Shown: positions 28,861-41,849, numbered from the stretch's first letter. The stretch is DNA of 64,000 nucleotides from Octopus sinensis (GCF_006345805.1 NC_043001.1:51956001-52020000), one strand, 5' to 3'. A program made the numbers and translations. Notes: generated from the letters alone by a model not told the origin.

Positions 28861-29146
28861 ACTTAATCCGTTTGTCGACTTAATCCGTTTGTCTGTCCTT
28901 GTTAGTCCACTGTGTTTAGTCCCTTGTGGGTAGTAAAGAAATATAAATAGGTATTTCGTCTGCCGTTACGTTCTGAGGTCAATTTCCGCCGAGGTTAACT
29001 TTGCCCTTCATCCTTTCGGGGTCGATAAATTAAGTACCTGTTACGCACTGGGGTCGATGTAATCGACTTAATCCGTTTGTCTGTCCTTGTTTGTCCCCTC
29101 TATGTTTAGCCCCTTGTGGGCAATAAAGAAATAAAGAAATAAGAAA
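28861..29146 (+). mobile_element. SINE family A concatemer ending in the Tx1-like tail
   Basis: Tail-then-unit arrangement; ends GTGGGCAATAAAGAAATAAAGAAATAAGAAAG. Confidence 0.85.
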
Positions 29147-29454
29147 GTTTCTACATATCAGACTCTCTTTGTCAATTTCTCAACCATCTCTCTCTTCCTC
29201 TTTATCTGCTTATTGTTTGTCTTTGCCTATTTATATTTGAAGCTTTAGGATATCAATGGAGATATGAATATTCAGATTTGATAATTAAAAACATTAAATG
29301 AAATTGTTTATTTAGCTGTTAGATATAGACCACCGTTTAATTAGACCAACAAAACTAATTAAAAAATGACTATATATCCGTTGGCGGAATCCATTCCTGC
29401 AACTATTCCAGAGCTACGAATTAGAGTTGATATTATTCTGGGACAATTAAATCA

Positions 29455-29660
29455 ACTTACATTCTTTTCAGTCATTTGACTGTAGCCATGCTGGAGCACC
29501 GCGTTTATTCGAACAAATCGACCCCAGGACTTATTCTTTGTATGCCTAGTAGTTATCCTATCGGTGTCTTTTGCCAAACCGCTAAGTTACGGGGACGTAA
29601 ACACACCAGCAACGGTTGCCAAGCAATGGTGGTGGTGGTGGGGACAAACACAGACACACA

Positions 29661-29699
<39 letters not shown>

Positions 29700-30557
29700 T
29701 AGCAGTATCGCCCGGCGTTGCTCGGGTTTGTTTCGACCCGCTGGAATTGTAATTTTGAAAAGTAAAATTTTGTGAACATTTTTCTGGTCGAAATACACCG
29801 AAAAGTGGCGACACAGCAGTGAAAAAATCGTAAAAAATAGGGATTTTCATAGAAAAAAGCATCTTTTTGATGTAATAATTTTGGTGTTAACATGGCCGAT
29901 TTGAATTTTATGTTCTACGGAAGGAAGAGCAACCCTTCTTCTACCATACTCTCAATTTTGGTCAACTTGCGCCGCAGGGTCTCGGAGGAGATAGTGTTAG
30001 TTGAAGGTTACCATTGTAGGTGCCTGAGTAACAACCTCGCGGATTTACAGATAAATGAATTAATTACTATTTTACAGAATAAAATTAAATAATCTTGAAA
30101 ATTAATTAATATTAATATTTTTTGAACACAAGTAAATAATTTTTAAAACTTAAATAATAATTTTTTTACACAAACGCGAACGGGGAAAAGGGGGTGGCGA
30201 ATTCGATTTACATACCTAAGTTTTTTCTTTTTCATGACATTGTAGCAAAATAGTAGTGAATTATAAAATACCAGCAGTACATTTTTTTTTCTGGGGTATT
30301 TTTTTTCACCTCGTCACATATTTGCCCCTTTCAATTTAAACAAGTCTTAATTAAGCAATTACGGCAGCTTAGCAATGGTTTCAATACAGGCGTGACATCT
30401 GTATCTCAATTGTTCAAAACCCTTCGAATTTTTTCGCACGTGATGATATCATAGTGAAAACTTCAGTTATTTCTGTCTTTCACTCTGTCTGTCTCTTTAC
30501 ACACACTAACAAAAGCACTTCACTTACACACCACACTTTCTGTGTCGCACAACCCAT

Positions 30558-30600
<43 letters not shown>

Positions 30601-31265
30601 GCACGCACACATGTACATCAATGCTTTCGGAGTGAAATGTTAAAATATTGAGTTTTCTCGAATTTTGTCTTAATTGGGGGTGAAATTGAAAGAAATATAT
30701 TGTGGCATGAGCGAATGAAGTACTTTGAAAAATCTTAGGTAAATTCTAATTGAAGAAATTGTGTGAGGAGTAAATCGTTATGTATTTATTTGTTTCTGTT
30801 TGCTGTGTTTTTTTATATTTTGAGTAGTGGTTTAAATACTTTCAGTTTAGTCTTCCTCAAATCACTCTGTCGCTATTTACTTTCATTTTATTCGTTGCAC
30901 ACTGTGTGTGTGCGTTTGCGTGTGGTGTAAACCAGACTAAGAAAAGCATTTGACATACACACCAGAATGTGAGTTTTCTGTAAATTTTGCTTAATTGGAG
31001 TTTAAATTTTAAAAACTGGACCTGGCATGACCCGATGCATTCTACTCTTAAAAATGCTAGGTAAATTGTAATTGAAGAAATCCTATATTGTAGATTTCTA
31101 TAACTTACAAAGGGAGGCAGATAAAATCTGCCTTTTATAATAAGAGATATACTCACACGCACACACACACACGCGACGGGCCTCTTTCAGCTTCCATCTG
31201 CCAAATCCACTCACAAGGGTTTGGTTGGCCCGAGGCTATAGTAGAGGACACTTGGCTAAGGTGCC
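29455..31265 (-). mobile_element. SINE family B split by a Helitron (3' part 29455-29697, 5' part about 31150-31265)
   Basis: The two halves are colinear with the intact copy at 53735-54140; the break lies in the internal (TA)n. Confidence 0.75.
29699..31147 (-). mobile_element. Non-autonomous Helitron
   Basis: Minus strand starts A|TCTCTTATTATAAAAG and ends CCCGAGCAACGCCGGG-CGATACTG-CTAG|T (hairpin plus CTAG, A/T target); internal direct repeats about 335 bp apart. Confidence 0.85.
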
Positions 31266-31269
31266 GAGA

Positions 31270-31455
31270 ATTTAAGGGAAAGACATAACCGATTACATCG
31301 ACCCCAGTGCTCAATTAGTACTTATTTTATCGACATCGGAAGGATGAAAGGCAAATTCGACGTCGGCGGAACTTGAACGTCGAACGTAAAGACGGATGAA
31401 GTGCCACTATACATTTTGTCCTGCGTGTTAACGATTCTGCCAGCTCGCCGCCTTG
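31270..31455 (-). mobile_element. SINE family A
   Basis: Reverse-complement head and central motifs. Confidence 0.75.
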
Positions 31456-31789
31456 ATTAAAGTTAATATTTAAACAGGAGTTAATGATTGCAAAACAGAA
31501 AACTGTGCAGATTCATTCACCGCTTTTCCTACCGCTCTTTTGTGCCCAATATTCACCTAAAACTTCTCGCTGCACCCAGGAAGCAGTACCGCTCGTACAT
31601 TGAAAAGCACTGCACTCGAACGATATGTAGTAAGAGCACGCTTGAAATGAGTTCTTTTAAATGCTTGGCTGGCTCATGCCATGTAGTCGTCATCCATTAT
31701 TTACGTAACATAATCAACAAGGAAGGTAGTTGCTGAGAAGATATAAGTACTCGGTTATGAGCGGGATTAGAAAAAATTCAATAAGCTAT

Positions 31790-32240
31790 TACAACAGCTG
31801 GCGCCGATGTCCTCTTTAGCGCGAAGGGTAGAATATACGACACAAGTTCTATAACTGAAATACTGCATGGTAGCGAAACTGAGCCTTGAATGCAAAAAAA
31901 AAAAAAAACTGTAAAGACTAGAAAGAAATGATGCCTGCATGCTTCTATGGATGTGTGATGTGAGTGTGCATAAGCATCAATGTGCAAATGGGCTAAGTGG
32001 AAAACCGGGTGTAAGAGAAATTAGATATGATGCGAACGGGAGGCAGTTATTGTGGCATGAGTATGTAATGCGTATGGAGGGTGACAGCTGCACAAGAAAG
32101 TGTCGAGCACAGAAAGTTAGCATAACATGCAGAAGAAGAAAACGAAAGAAGACTCAAGAAGTTGCGAAGACTGACCCGAAAATGTTGCATCTCATGGGAG
32201 ACATGACAAATAATTGCATTGATTGGCAATACGTGGTGCT
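31790..32240 (+). pseudogene. Degenerate RTE-clade LINE C-terminal fragment
   Basis: KGRIYD..LHGSET, MLLWMCDVS and LLWHEYVMRMEGDSCTRKC resemble the RTE LRWxGHVxRM region. Confidence 0.65.
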
Positions 32241-32569
32241 ACAGAAGATTTGTCCAGCCGCAGAAAAAAAAAAACTACCCTGAAAGAAGGAGAGTGTTCA
32301 GAAGTCGTTATGTATTTATGCACTCTGACAAACTTATTCCTGATACTTCTAAAACTCGCAACTTAACCTCCTTACGTCTGCCTATTGCTCACAACTTCCA
32401 TGTCTTCTGACTCTTCATCACTTCATCCATCATCTCCCCCTCATCTGTGCCGTGCCGATTGTCCCACCGTCTTCACTATGACCCTGGACCTTCACTTAGC
32501 CTACCTAGAAAAAGCTGCATGGGACAACTCTTATCTGCCTATCCATTACACTCAAGCTGTACTATAGCC

Positions 32570-32800
32570 ATTCTCTCTCTCCCAATTCTCTCTCGCTCTC
32601 AATTCTATCTCTCTTCCTTCCCTCTCTCCCCCTCCCCCTCCCCCCTCCCCCCTCCCCTCTCTTCCCCCCTCTCTCCTCCCCATCCCACTCTCCCCTTTAT
32701 CCCTCCTCTCTCTCCGCATCCCATTTCTCCCCTCCCACCCCTCTCCATCCCCATATCGCCCTCTCACCTCTTCCCATCCCCTTTCCCCCTCTCTTATGAG
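32570..32800. repeat. Polypyrimidine/polypurine (C/T-rich) low-complexity tract
   Basis: Read directly; many C3+ runs, so G-runs on the minus strand. Confidence 0.9.
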
Positions 32801-33430
32801 CCCCCTCTACTGCCAGCCAACATTTTCTCTTGCCCTTATTTCATCACTCATCCCCACTTTTGTTCGCCCCAGCTGCTGCCAATCATACTTTTACCGACTT
32901 CAGCCTCAAATATCCCAATCTTTTTCACATCTTACTTCTGCTTCATATCCTTACGTCATTCTCGCATCATTCTCCGTCTCTCTTTTTTTATCCGCTCCTC
33001 GGTCACTTGAGCAAATGTACACGATCTAAGTTATCGAATATGCTTTGTACTTCCACTTCAATCCGCCCCGCTCAAATATCCATTTCTAACCTTTCTGCTG
33101 TCATTACTCCCTCTTTCATTCTTTCCTACAGCAAGCACACTTTCTGTTACTGAATACTTTCTCCATTTACTCTTGCACGGGATACTCCATCTCCTGTGTT
33201 CGTGCTACGAGGAAATCCGTTGCACAACCTATGCACTACATAAAATGGTTGGCGATAGGAAAGGTACCAAGCCGTAGAAACCAAATCAAATAACAAAATT
33301 TGATTGTTCGATGTTCTATTTTGTTTGATGCTCTATGCATTTTGTTTTCCATTTAATGCTTATTTATCGATGTGTTTCTATTAGGTTGGTATAATAAATA
33401 GTTATATGCAACAAGCAGAATTAGTATTTA

Positions 33431-33959
33431 CCGTAAATCCTCGAGTATAATCCACATTTTTTCCCCAAAATTTAAAGGTCAAAATCCCTAGTGCGTACTA
33501 TATACGAGGTTAAAAATGAAAAATATTTCCTAAGCAATGTCCGAGTCTCTGTTTGCTGTCCGGCAATGTTTATTCAGACGCATTTTCTGATGTCGGGCGC
33601 GAAAATACCTTAAGCCAAGCCTGGAAGCAATGACGTCATAAAAGAATCATCCATAACTTGCAGTAAGTAACATATATTAAACGTTATTAGTGTTATTACT
33701 GTTATTTCTTTACTTTCTGCAAACAAAATGCACAAAAAAGCTACACGTTTGCATTATGATATATGTACAATAATAATAAAGGACGTTACCGTATACATCT
33801 TTACAAACCATGGACGTTATATAGACTTCCTTGACTCAAGTTATAGAAGGGGTGCGTATTATATACAAGGTTTAGATTTTTCAGAGGTACAGCCCCCCAC
33901 CCATCTAAAAATCCCCTGCGTATTATACTCAAGTGCGGACTATACTCGAGGATTTACGG
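33431..33959. mobile_element. Tc2/pogo-like MITE, copy 2 (inverted relative to copy 1)
   Basis: Same TIR; TA flanks at 33429-33430 and 33960-33961. Confidence 0.88.
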
Positions 33960-35047
33960 TATAACATGCTTATAATATGCATGTATTTTGCAACAAAAAT
34001 ACTTGTAAATATATAGAAAATATGTAATGTGTATTAATAAATCTAGTCCTGCGCTTGCGACATAAATACATATAACTAAGAAGAAAACCTACCAGTCGAT
34101 GTTTAATATTCCGGTTAATAAAGATTATCTAAGCATCATATATAGAAAACTGGGAATCCCTAGAAAGCAGAAGATTGGATTTGCTTAATACAGGGTTTAA
34201 TTTATGTACAAAATATCAATTTTACAATTTTAAGTTTCAACAGAAACTAACCGTCAGTACGTCCCTCTCAGAAGAGTATTAAGGAAAGTAAATCATGAAC
34301 ATTTTTGTTTGAAAAATCACGTGAATTTCTAACCTCTATTAGCTGTTATGTATGATTGATTCAAGATGATTTCTACCACAATTTAGAACATATATTATTC
34401 ATTCTACAACGTAGAGCTAGATAGATAATGATAATGAAATTCAAAGAGAAAGAAAACAGCATAAAACAAAACACGAATTCGTAAACGAGATATTATAAAC
34501 AAATCTAGTAAAACAAAATCTAGACAAAAACAAAATGAATAAATCAATTAATAGGGAGAAAAGCAGATTACGATACGCTGAAAAATTTACTACGACATCA
34601 TTACATTACATTAACCAAATTTCTAACAAGTCAACCACTCTTTCACTGAATTTAAAAGTGGAGTCGCTGTGTAATTAAGGTGGCATTTTGATTATGCACA
34701 TATTTGTCATATCAATTTTGGAATGTATTTGTAAAATGGTCGATAAACATGGACAAAACGCGCGCGCACACACACACACAAACCCACACAAACACACACA
34801 CGCACAAACACACACATACACAAACCCTTTTCCCTCATATGCATATATGACAGGCTTCTGCAAATCTAACAATTTCTTTGTCACACATTACATTCACAAA
34901 ACTTTTATGGGCCAAAGGTTACAGCAGAAGATAAACGCTGAATTCTTAATCGAAAAATAATACAATAATATACGCATATGCATTCATAATATCCCTTGCA
35001 CATTGCTTCTTACCAAGTGAATATAAGCGTGACAATATCTAGGAGCA

Positions 35048-35088
<41 letters not shown>

Positions 35089-35094
35089 AACACA

Positions 35095-35630
35095 CACTTC
35101 TAGTATGTAAGGTTGCCTGTTAAGGGTCGCCTCACTTGTGTTTAAATGTACACTAATTTTATATGAAAAATATATTGTCTATTGACTTTTTATACATGCT
35201 AGGGCACTGGTAGCGAAATTTTAGAAATTTCGCTATCCTATATTGTATGAATATGATTTTAGCAATTTCAGAAGTTAATTTCGGCCCTCTTTTACTTGTG
35301 CTGCCGATTGAAACCGCGCTTGCGTGGTGAATTTGATAAATTATAATATATAATGTTGAGATAGTGTTATTCAGTCTCTAAATTATATGTTAATGTTTTG
35401 GCGTAGCCACTGATGAGAACTTCGCTTGGCAAATTATTTTATTTGCTAATGAGAGTTCGAAATTTAGGTATGGCTGTAAAAGAAAAAAAAAAACAAGGTA
35501 AAAGTCTTTATTTTTCATTCCCTTCGAAATTGCACTTAAATGTGGTTTTGGTCGTTTTGACTACTACTTCTAGCATGTAAGGCTGCCTGTCAAGGGTCGC
35601 CTCACTTGCGTTAAAATGCACACTAATTTT
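35095..35630 (+). mobile_element. PLE-type partial tandem pLTR (about 70-bp direct repeat, about 470 bp apart) with a hammerhead
   Basis: ACTTCTAG.ATGTAAGG.TGCCTGT.AAGGGTCGCCTCACTTG occurs at about 35096 and about 35566. Confidence 0.7.
35404..35476 (+). ncRNA. Type I hammerhead with elongated stem II
   Basis: TAGCCA-CTGATGA-GAACT..TTGGCAAAT/ATTTGCTAA..AGTTC-GAAA-TTTAG-GTA-TGGCTG. Confidence 0.78.
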
Positions 35631-35641
35631 TTATATATGTA

Positions 35642-36895
35642 CGAGGGGCGTTCAATAAGTAATGCCCCTGACCCACTTCCCATAACAGTAGAGCAACGAA
35701 ACTTGGCATAGTTATTAGTCTTTTTCTACATAGGAACCACCCAGATTTACGCATTTCTCCCATTGTTTGATGCAGCTCTGGAGGCCGTTTTTGTAGAAGA
35801 CCCCAGCTTGGTCCCCCAACCATGACGTGACTTCAGAAATCAAGGCTGCATCATCTGGGAAACTCTTTCCTTTCAAAAACAACTTCATGACTGGGAAGAG
35901 GTGAAAATCAGAGGGTGCAAGGTCAAGAGAGTAGGGGGATGGGGGAGGAGTTCATAGCCGCACGCCTGTGCTTCTGATCTGGCGACACGCGAGTTGTGGA
36001 CCGGAGCGTTGTCCTGCAGGAGGAGGATGCCTTTGCTGATCTTGCCCCGCCTCTTGATTTTGATAGCTTCTCTTAATTTCCTCAAAAGTGAAGCATAATA
36101 GGCTCTTGTAATTGTGGTACCCTTTGCCAGGAAATCTGTCATCACTACTCCGTCCTGGTCCCAGAAGATTGTGAGCATGACCTTGCCAGCGGAGGGCTGC
36201 ACCCTTGCCTTCTTTGGAGGAGGTGAGTCACGGTCCTTCGACTGCATTGATTGGGCTTTGGTCTCTGGATCATAGTGATGGACCCAGGTTCCATCCTGTG
36301 TAATCAGTCTTTTGAAAAATTTTGACTAATCTTCTTGGCACATCTCCAAATTCATCCTCGAGCACTCGACGCGTTCTTGCTTCTGGAAAGGTGTGAGCAA
36401 CCTGGGAATCCATCTGGCAGACACCTTTTGCATATGCAAATGGTTATGAATGATAGTTTCCACAGACCCGGTACTAATCTGGACGTAATGGGCTATTTGG
36501 TGAATAGTTATGCATCGATCTTCCAAAATGGCAGCCTCACCTTGACGGACAGATGCCTCATCAATGGCAGAAGTGGGGCGACCAGATCTGGGAGCTGTTT
36601 CCACAGAGTTTCGACCATGTTTGAATTCACGATGCCAGCGTATCACAAGGTCATATGATGGGGCATCATCACCATAAGTTACTTTCATTTCATCAAAAGT
36701 CTCCCCGATCACTGCTCGACACTCGACAGGCTCCATTTCACACTTGACTCAGTTCAAACACCTGTAAATCAGAAACCACAATTAGTTCAGAGCTGTAATT
36801 TGCCAATAGAGATATAAATAATTGCACATGCAAAATTTCAGCTAGATCAAACAAACGCAAGTGAGTCAGGGGCATTACTTATTGAACGTCCCTCG
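35642..36895 (-). mobile_element. Mariner element, 1254 bp, irritans-like
   Basis: 31-bp TIR CGAGGG(G/A)CGTTCAATAAGTAATGCCCCTGAC (1 mismatch); TA on both sides. Confidence 0.95.
35715..36736 (-). pseudogene. Mariner DD34D transposase, disrupted
   Basis: KVSARWIPRLL, QDGTWVHHYDPE, GKVMLTIFWD, LLQDNAPVH, PHPP/DLAPSDFHLF; in-frame TAG near 36326 and a frameshift near 35930. Confidence 0.93.
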
Positions 36896-36941
36896 TATAT
36901 ATAATTATACAGATACACACACACACACAAACACATATATA

Positions 36942-37817
36942 CAGGGTTAGTTGTCACCATTTTATATGTTTAATTTCATGCATGCGCATGGTTTGTTTTT
37001 GATTTTGTCGACTACACAGTATAGTGTGGGCAGTTGGGCATCGTCTTTGAGAAAAACAGTACCATAACGCAATTCACTCGGCCATAAATTTGGAAATGAC
37101 ATGCTGTACTGTTGGCTATTCGCGCTGGAAGCTCAATTACGAACATTTCAATGTTTGGGTGTCAATCTGAGGACAGTGCTATCTGAGAACAGGTACAGTG
37201 AGTGATAAAAATCGAACATTCAGTCATCATCATCGTGTTTGGAGCGATCACTAGTGATGGCGATGTTATACCTCCATTCATCTTCCCACACGACCTCAGA
37301 CTCAACACAAAGGACTACATCAAGTACCTGGAGGAGGCAGTGCTGCCCTGGGTCAAGCGGGTGGCTGCTGGAAGACTCTGTCTGGCGACAGGACTCTGCA
37401 CTATGCCACACAAGCAGGAGAACCCATTCATGGCTATCAGACAATTTCTGCACCCATTCACCCCTAACATCTGGCCATCTAACTCCCCAGACTACAACCC
37501 TCATTTATTATTATGTGTGAGGCGCAATTGAGCTAGAAACCAATAAAACTCCTTGTAACACAAAAAGCTAACTGAAGGCAAGGATTATGGCAGCATTCAC
37601 CAACTTAAACAAGGTGACCGTCCAGAAGAGTTGCAGAAGATTCCGAAGTCGTCTGGAGGACGTAATTGAAGTCAATGACTATTTTATTGAATAAATTTAT
37701 CCTTTAGTATTTCAAGATATTTTTAAAGCAATTTTGGTTAATATATCTGCTAAAATAAGATGACAGTGTTATTTTCATTTTGCGTAATTTAGGTGACAAT
37801 GTATTCACCGCCCCTTG
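36942..37817 (+). mobile_element. Internally deleted maT (DD37D) Tc1/mariner element
   Basis: WRQDS.LCHTSRRT..W, WPSNSPDYNP..YYV; about 37-residue D-D spacing when reconstructed across frameshifts; degenerate CA(G/A)GG..TTGTCACC termini with TA flanks. Confidence 0.8.
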
Positions 37818-38565
37818 TATATACATGCATATCTATATATATAAAGTTGAGAATGTGTGTTTGTTTGCCTTATGCGTGAATCTCTAAAATTCGAGAACTA
37901 CCAAACCGATTTCATTCAAATTTTACACATGCATTTCTTAGGGTCCATAGAGTGTAAAGGGACAAAAAATCTTCTCAACTTCTTGCATAATGCGGGTCTG
38001 GAGCAATCTTTTAGACTGATTTGATATTACGTGTCAAAAGAGAATGTTGAGATATGACTATTCTATTGTTTCACTTTTATTCTTTCACTTTTAATTCTAA
38101 TGTGATAACACTAAGTCCAAGGTATATAAACATATCATTTACCGTTAAATTACCAGTTAATAATTATCGCAGCAGTTGCAAAGTAGCAAGGTATTTACAG
38201 TTACATATTAACCTTTAAATTAACATTTAATACATGTGCTTAATATATATATAAAGAAATTTATCTCTAATAATTATTGTAACATTTACCGTTAAATTAA
38301 TTTTTTCATTTCCATTAAAACAATATGACATTTTATAGAGATAATCTTTCTATAGTCAAATATATTATAGGACAGTTTATACCACGATGACGATGACAAC
38401 ATTTTGTATGTTAGTGTGTATGTCTGTCAGTGTATGTGTGGGAGTGTATGTATGTATATGAATTTGTAGTGTTAGGGTTAGTGTTAGGGTTACGCCGAAA
38501 ACGAGTGGTGTGCGTATTCTTTACCTATGCTATATACGTGTGTATGAAAGATAATGTGTGTGTGT

Positions 38566-38596
<31 letters not shown>

Positions 38597-39623
38597 CGAG
38601 TGTCACTTATACATAAATGCCAAAATATTCATGCATCACAACACACACCTTCACTCAATCTCTCTTTGTTTGTTTCTCTCTGATTTTCTTCCTTTCTTTC
38701 TCTCTCTCTAACATACACATACACGTCCATTTCATATACACGTATATCTTACACGTTCTTCTCTCTTTTACTTTCTCCTTTCACTTCAAAGCAAATGTCG
38801 CCTTTTCACTGGATCCTCTCTTTCAATTTCTGCTGTCTTCAAAGCATACAGAAATGAATGGAATTTTACGGAAATTAACGAACAATCATATGATCCCTTA
38901 TATGTTGAGTTGACAACTATGCTTCTTCAAACGAAAGAATGCCATAAAATAACTTCCTTTGACACAAATACTCACACTCCAGGTAAAACATCTGAATTAC
39001 ATTATTTCTTGCAGCGTGTAGGCATAAATTTACAGCTCAAATCCAAGTGAAATGATCTTTTTCTATTGTGTAATTTGTGTTTGTGATGAGCATATTTTAA
39101 ACCTGATCTTCGATATAAACTTAAGATGAAGTTTTCCCAGAAATCCTGTCCTTTATTTCTTTTTTCGAGCATGTCTGAGGTGGCATTTCCATCCCCACCT
39201 TATATTTTTCCTAAATTTCTTCCGATTCCTATGTTTGCGACACAGAAGATTCATTTTTTACTTTTTAAAAATTTTTACACTTGGTAATACATGGAGAAAA
39301 AACAGAGAGTACGAATCGTTAAGAATTTTATCCATCGCTTCATCACTTTCAAAAAGCTACACACTTCCAATGTTTCAATTTTAACTTTTTGGTAAACGGG
39401 GAAGTTTCTTCAGAAATAATATTGTTTGCTTGTTGTTTCTAGCATGTCTGGTTTCCTGGTGGTGGTCAGGTATTTTTTAAGTCTAGTATTTCAGTAGAAT
39501 TCTACACATAAGGATAACATCAGCTAAAAATGAAAGATTGGGAGATTTTAGCTTTTTGAAAGCTGGTAGGTGATGGGTGGGTGAGGTGGTGGAAGGGGCA
39601 TTGAGTATTTCTTTAAGAAAAAT

Positions 39624-39672
<49 letters not shown>

Positions 39673-39674
39673 AA

Positions 39675-40172
39675 TATAAATACAATAAGAGGCTTCCAAA
39701 TAGGAAAGCGTTGCGCCAGAACACACAAAAAAGGATAAATTCACGAAAGAAATGAAAATTAAAAACTTTTACCATCTCAAGTATATCCCAGACCGACGGT
39801 TTCTAACTATTTCCAGCAAAAACGTATTTGCTGAAGGCCAGTTTCTTCAGTGGAACAGCCTTTAGAATCCAGACCGCTAGATCCACATGTAGGCCTAACG
39901 GTTTGTAAATCCTAACTTTTCAAACCACTGCGCAGACGCAGATTTTACCCGGCGACAGAGATGATGTATGTCTGGATTCTAAAGGCTGTCCCACTGAAGA
40001 AACTGGCCTTCAGCAAATACTTTTTTGCTGGAAATAGTTAGAAACCGTCGGTCTGGGAAATAGTTGAGATGGTAAACGTTTTTAATTTTCATTCCTTTCG
40101 GGAATTTATCCTTTTTTTTGTGTTCTAGCACAACCCTTTCCTATTTGGAAGCCTCTTATTGTATTTCTATAT
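39675..40172. mobile_element. Fold-back with arms of about 200 bp and a hammerhead in each arm
   Basis: 39675-39874 versus 39970-40172 in reverse complement; about 95-bp spacer. Confidence 0.88.
39989..40058 (+). ncRNA. Type I hammerhead with elongated stem II (mirror copy 39786-39855, minus strand)
   Basis: TCCCA-CTGAAGA-AACT..CAGCAAA/TTTGCTG..AGTT-A-GAAA-CCGTCG-GTC-TGGGA. Confidence 0.75.
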
Positions 40173-40255
40173 GAATTATATATAGTCTAATCACTAATTC
40201 GTTTTTTGTGCTAGGCCACTGGTAATAATAACTTATTATTACCCTATTTTATTAT

Positions 40256-40329
<74 letters not shown>

Positions 40330-40339
<10 letters not shown>

Positions 40340-41849
40340 ATGTTACATTACTCGGTAGTCAAGATAAAATTCTGAGTTTCAGATGCCGAAGTGGAAATCC
40401 ACAACACCATCTCTTCGGTTATCTGGCTATTTGAAAACGTTATGAAAAAATACCGTTAAAAATGAAGGGAAATTACTGTGTTATAACTCTGCTTTGCCTG
40501 CGTACTTATACATCGCTCGCATTTTTCGTCATAAAAATTATATAAAAATACATAAAAATATATATATATAAAAATATATAAAAATATAAAAATATATAAA
40601 TTCTTCTTGGGACATAACACAGAAAGCATGTTCTATCCGTTTTCCTTAGGGGACCAAAAACGTAACAGAAATTTAGTCACATGTGGGCATGATCCGAAAA
40701 GCTCTGTCCTTGTATTTAGACATGTGGTAGGGTCTAAACTGGTTTTCCAGATAAGCCATCTCTCCATGTCGCATAAACCGCACCTTCCGCTGCCGTTAGT
40801 ATAGGGCTTACATCTGGCCAAAATCTTCCATTGTATGTTATAATCGACACCTTTATCTCTTAAAGACCAAATATGATTGGATAATTGTGTCGCTTTTCTT
40901 TTGTTCCAGTGCCTAAAGCTCAAAGTGTGGTTATTGAACCTGGCCTTGAAATTACCCTCTGTAAGGCCCACGTATTTCTTCGTCGAAACGGTGTCTTTAG
41001 TGGTTATAGAGTTTACGGTAGCTTCATATATGATGGTCTTGGACATGCAAGCTCCATTTAGCGGGCACAATTCTTTATTCCTGCATGAACAGCTGTTTTC
41101 TTCTTGTGTTTTTTGTATGTTATGATTGATTATGTTTTTAAAATTGGTAGTTGAACTAAAACTAATTTTTAAATTGTGTCTATTGAAGATTTTCCTATAA
41201 GCATGGTTAACTGGAAAATGTCTATCTATCAGTGCTAGGAAATATTTACCTATATTGAAGGCCACCTCGGGTGAGTAAGGGGGCGTAAACCAGATGACCT
41301 TCCTATTTCTATTATTCCTTTTCCTTACTGTTGGGCTAGTGATAGGTGTATATTTTATTTTTTCGCTAAAACCACTATCTTTTAAAGCTTTATTATAAAC
41401 TGGGGCAATGCTATTGAAGATGTCCTCATTAGATGAGAGGCTAGAAATCCTCTTACTAATATTTTTAACTAAATTTTTGAATACTATAGGGGGATGGCAT
41501 GAACCTACATTAATATAACTTAGTCTATCATTGGGCTTCCTATAAGGCTTATAAATATTATTATTAAGATCTAAGGAAACGTCTAAGAAATTGACAACCG
41601 TCAGGTTAGTGTCTATAGTTATACTAAGTCCGAAGTGTTTCATTAACTGGATAATATCCTTCCTAAAACGATCTTGTGCTGGTCCATTTGTATTAGCTGT
41701 TAAGGCGAGGGCATCATCTTTGTAGATGGCGAAATGTACGTTAGGGAATGTCTTACCGAAGGTATCTAGGAGAAAGAGTCCAATTAGATCACAGATGCCT
41801 GCCCCATCATATGAACCCATGCTCACATCGAAACATATGAACCCATGCT

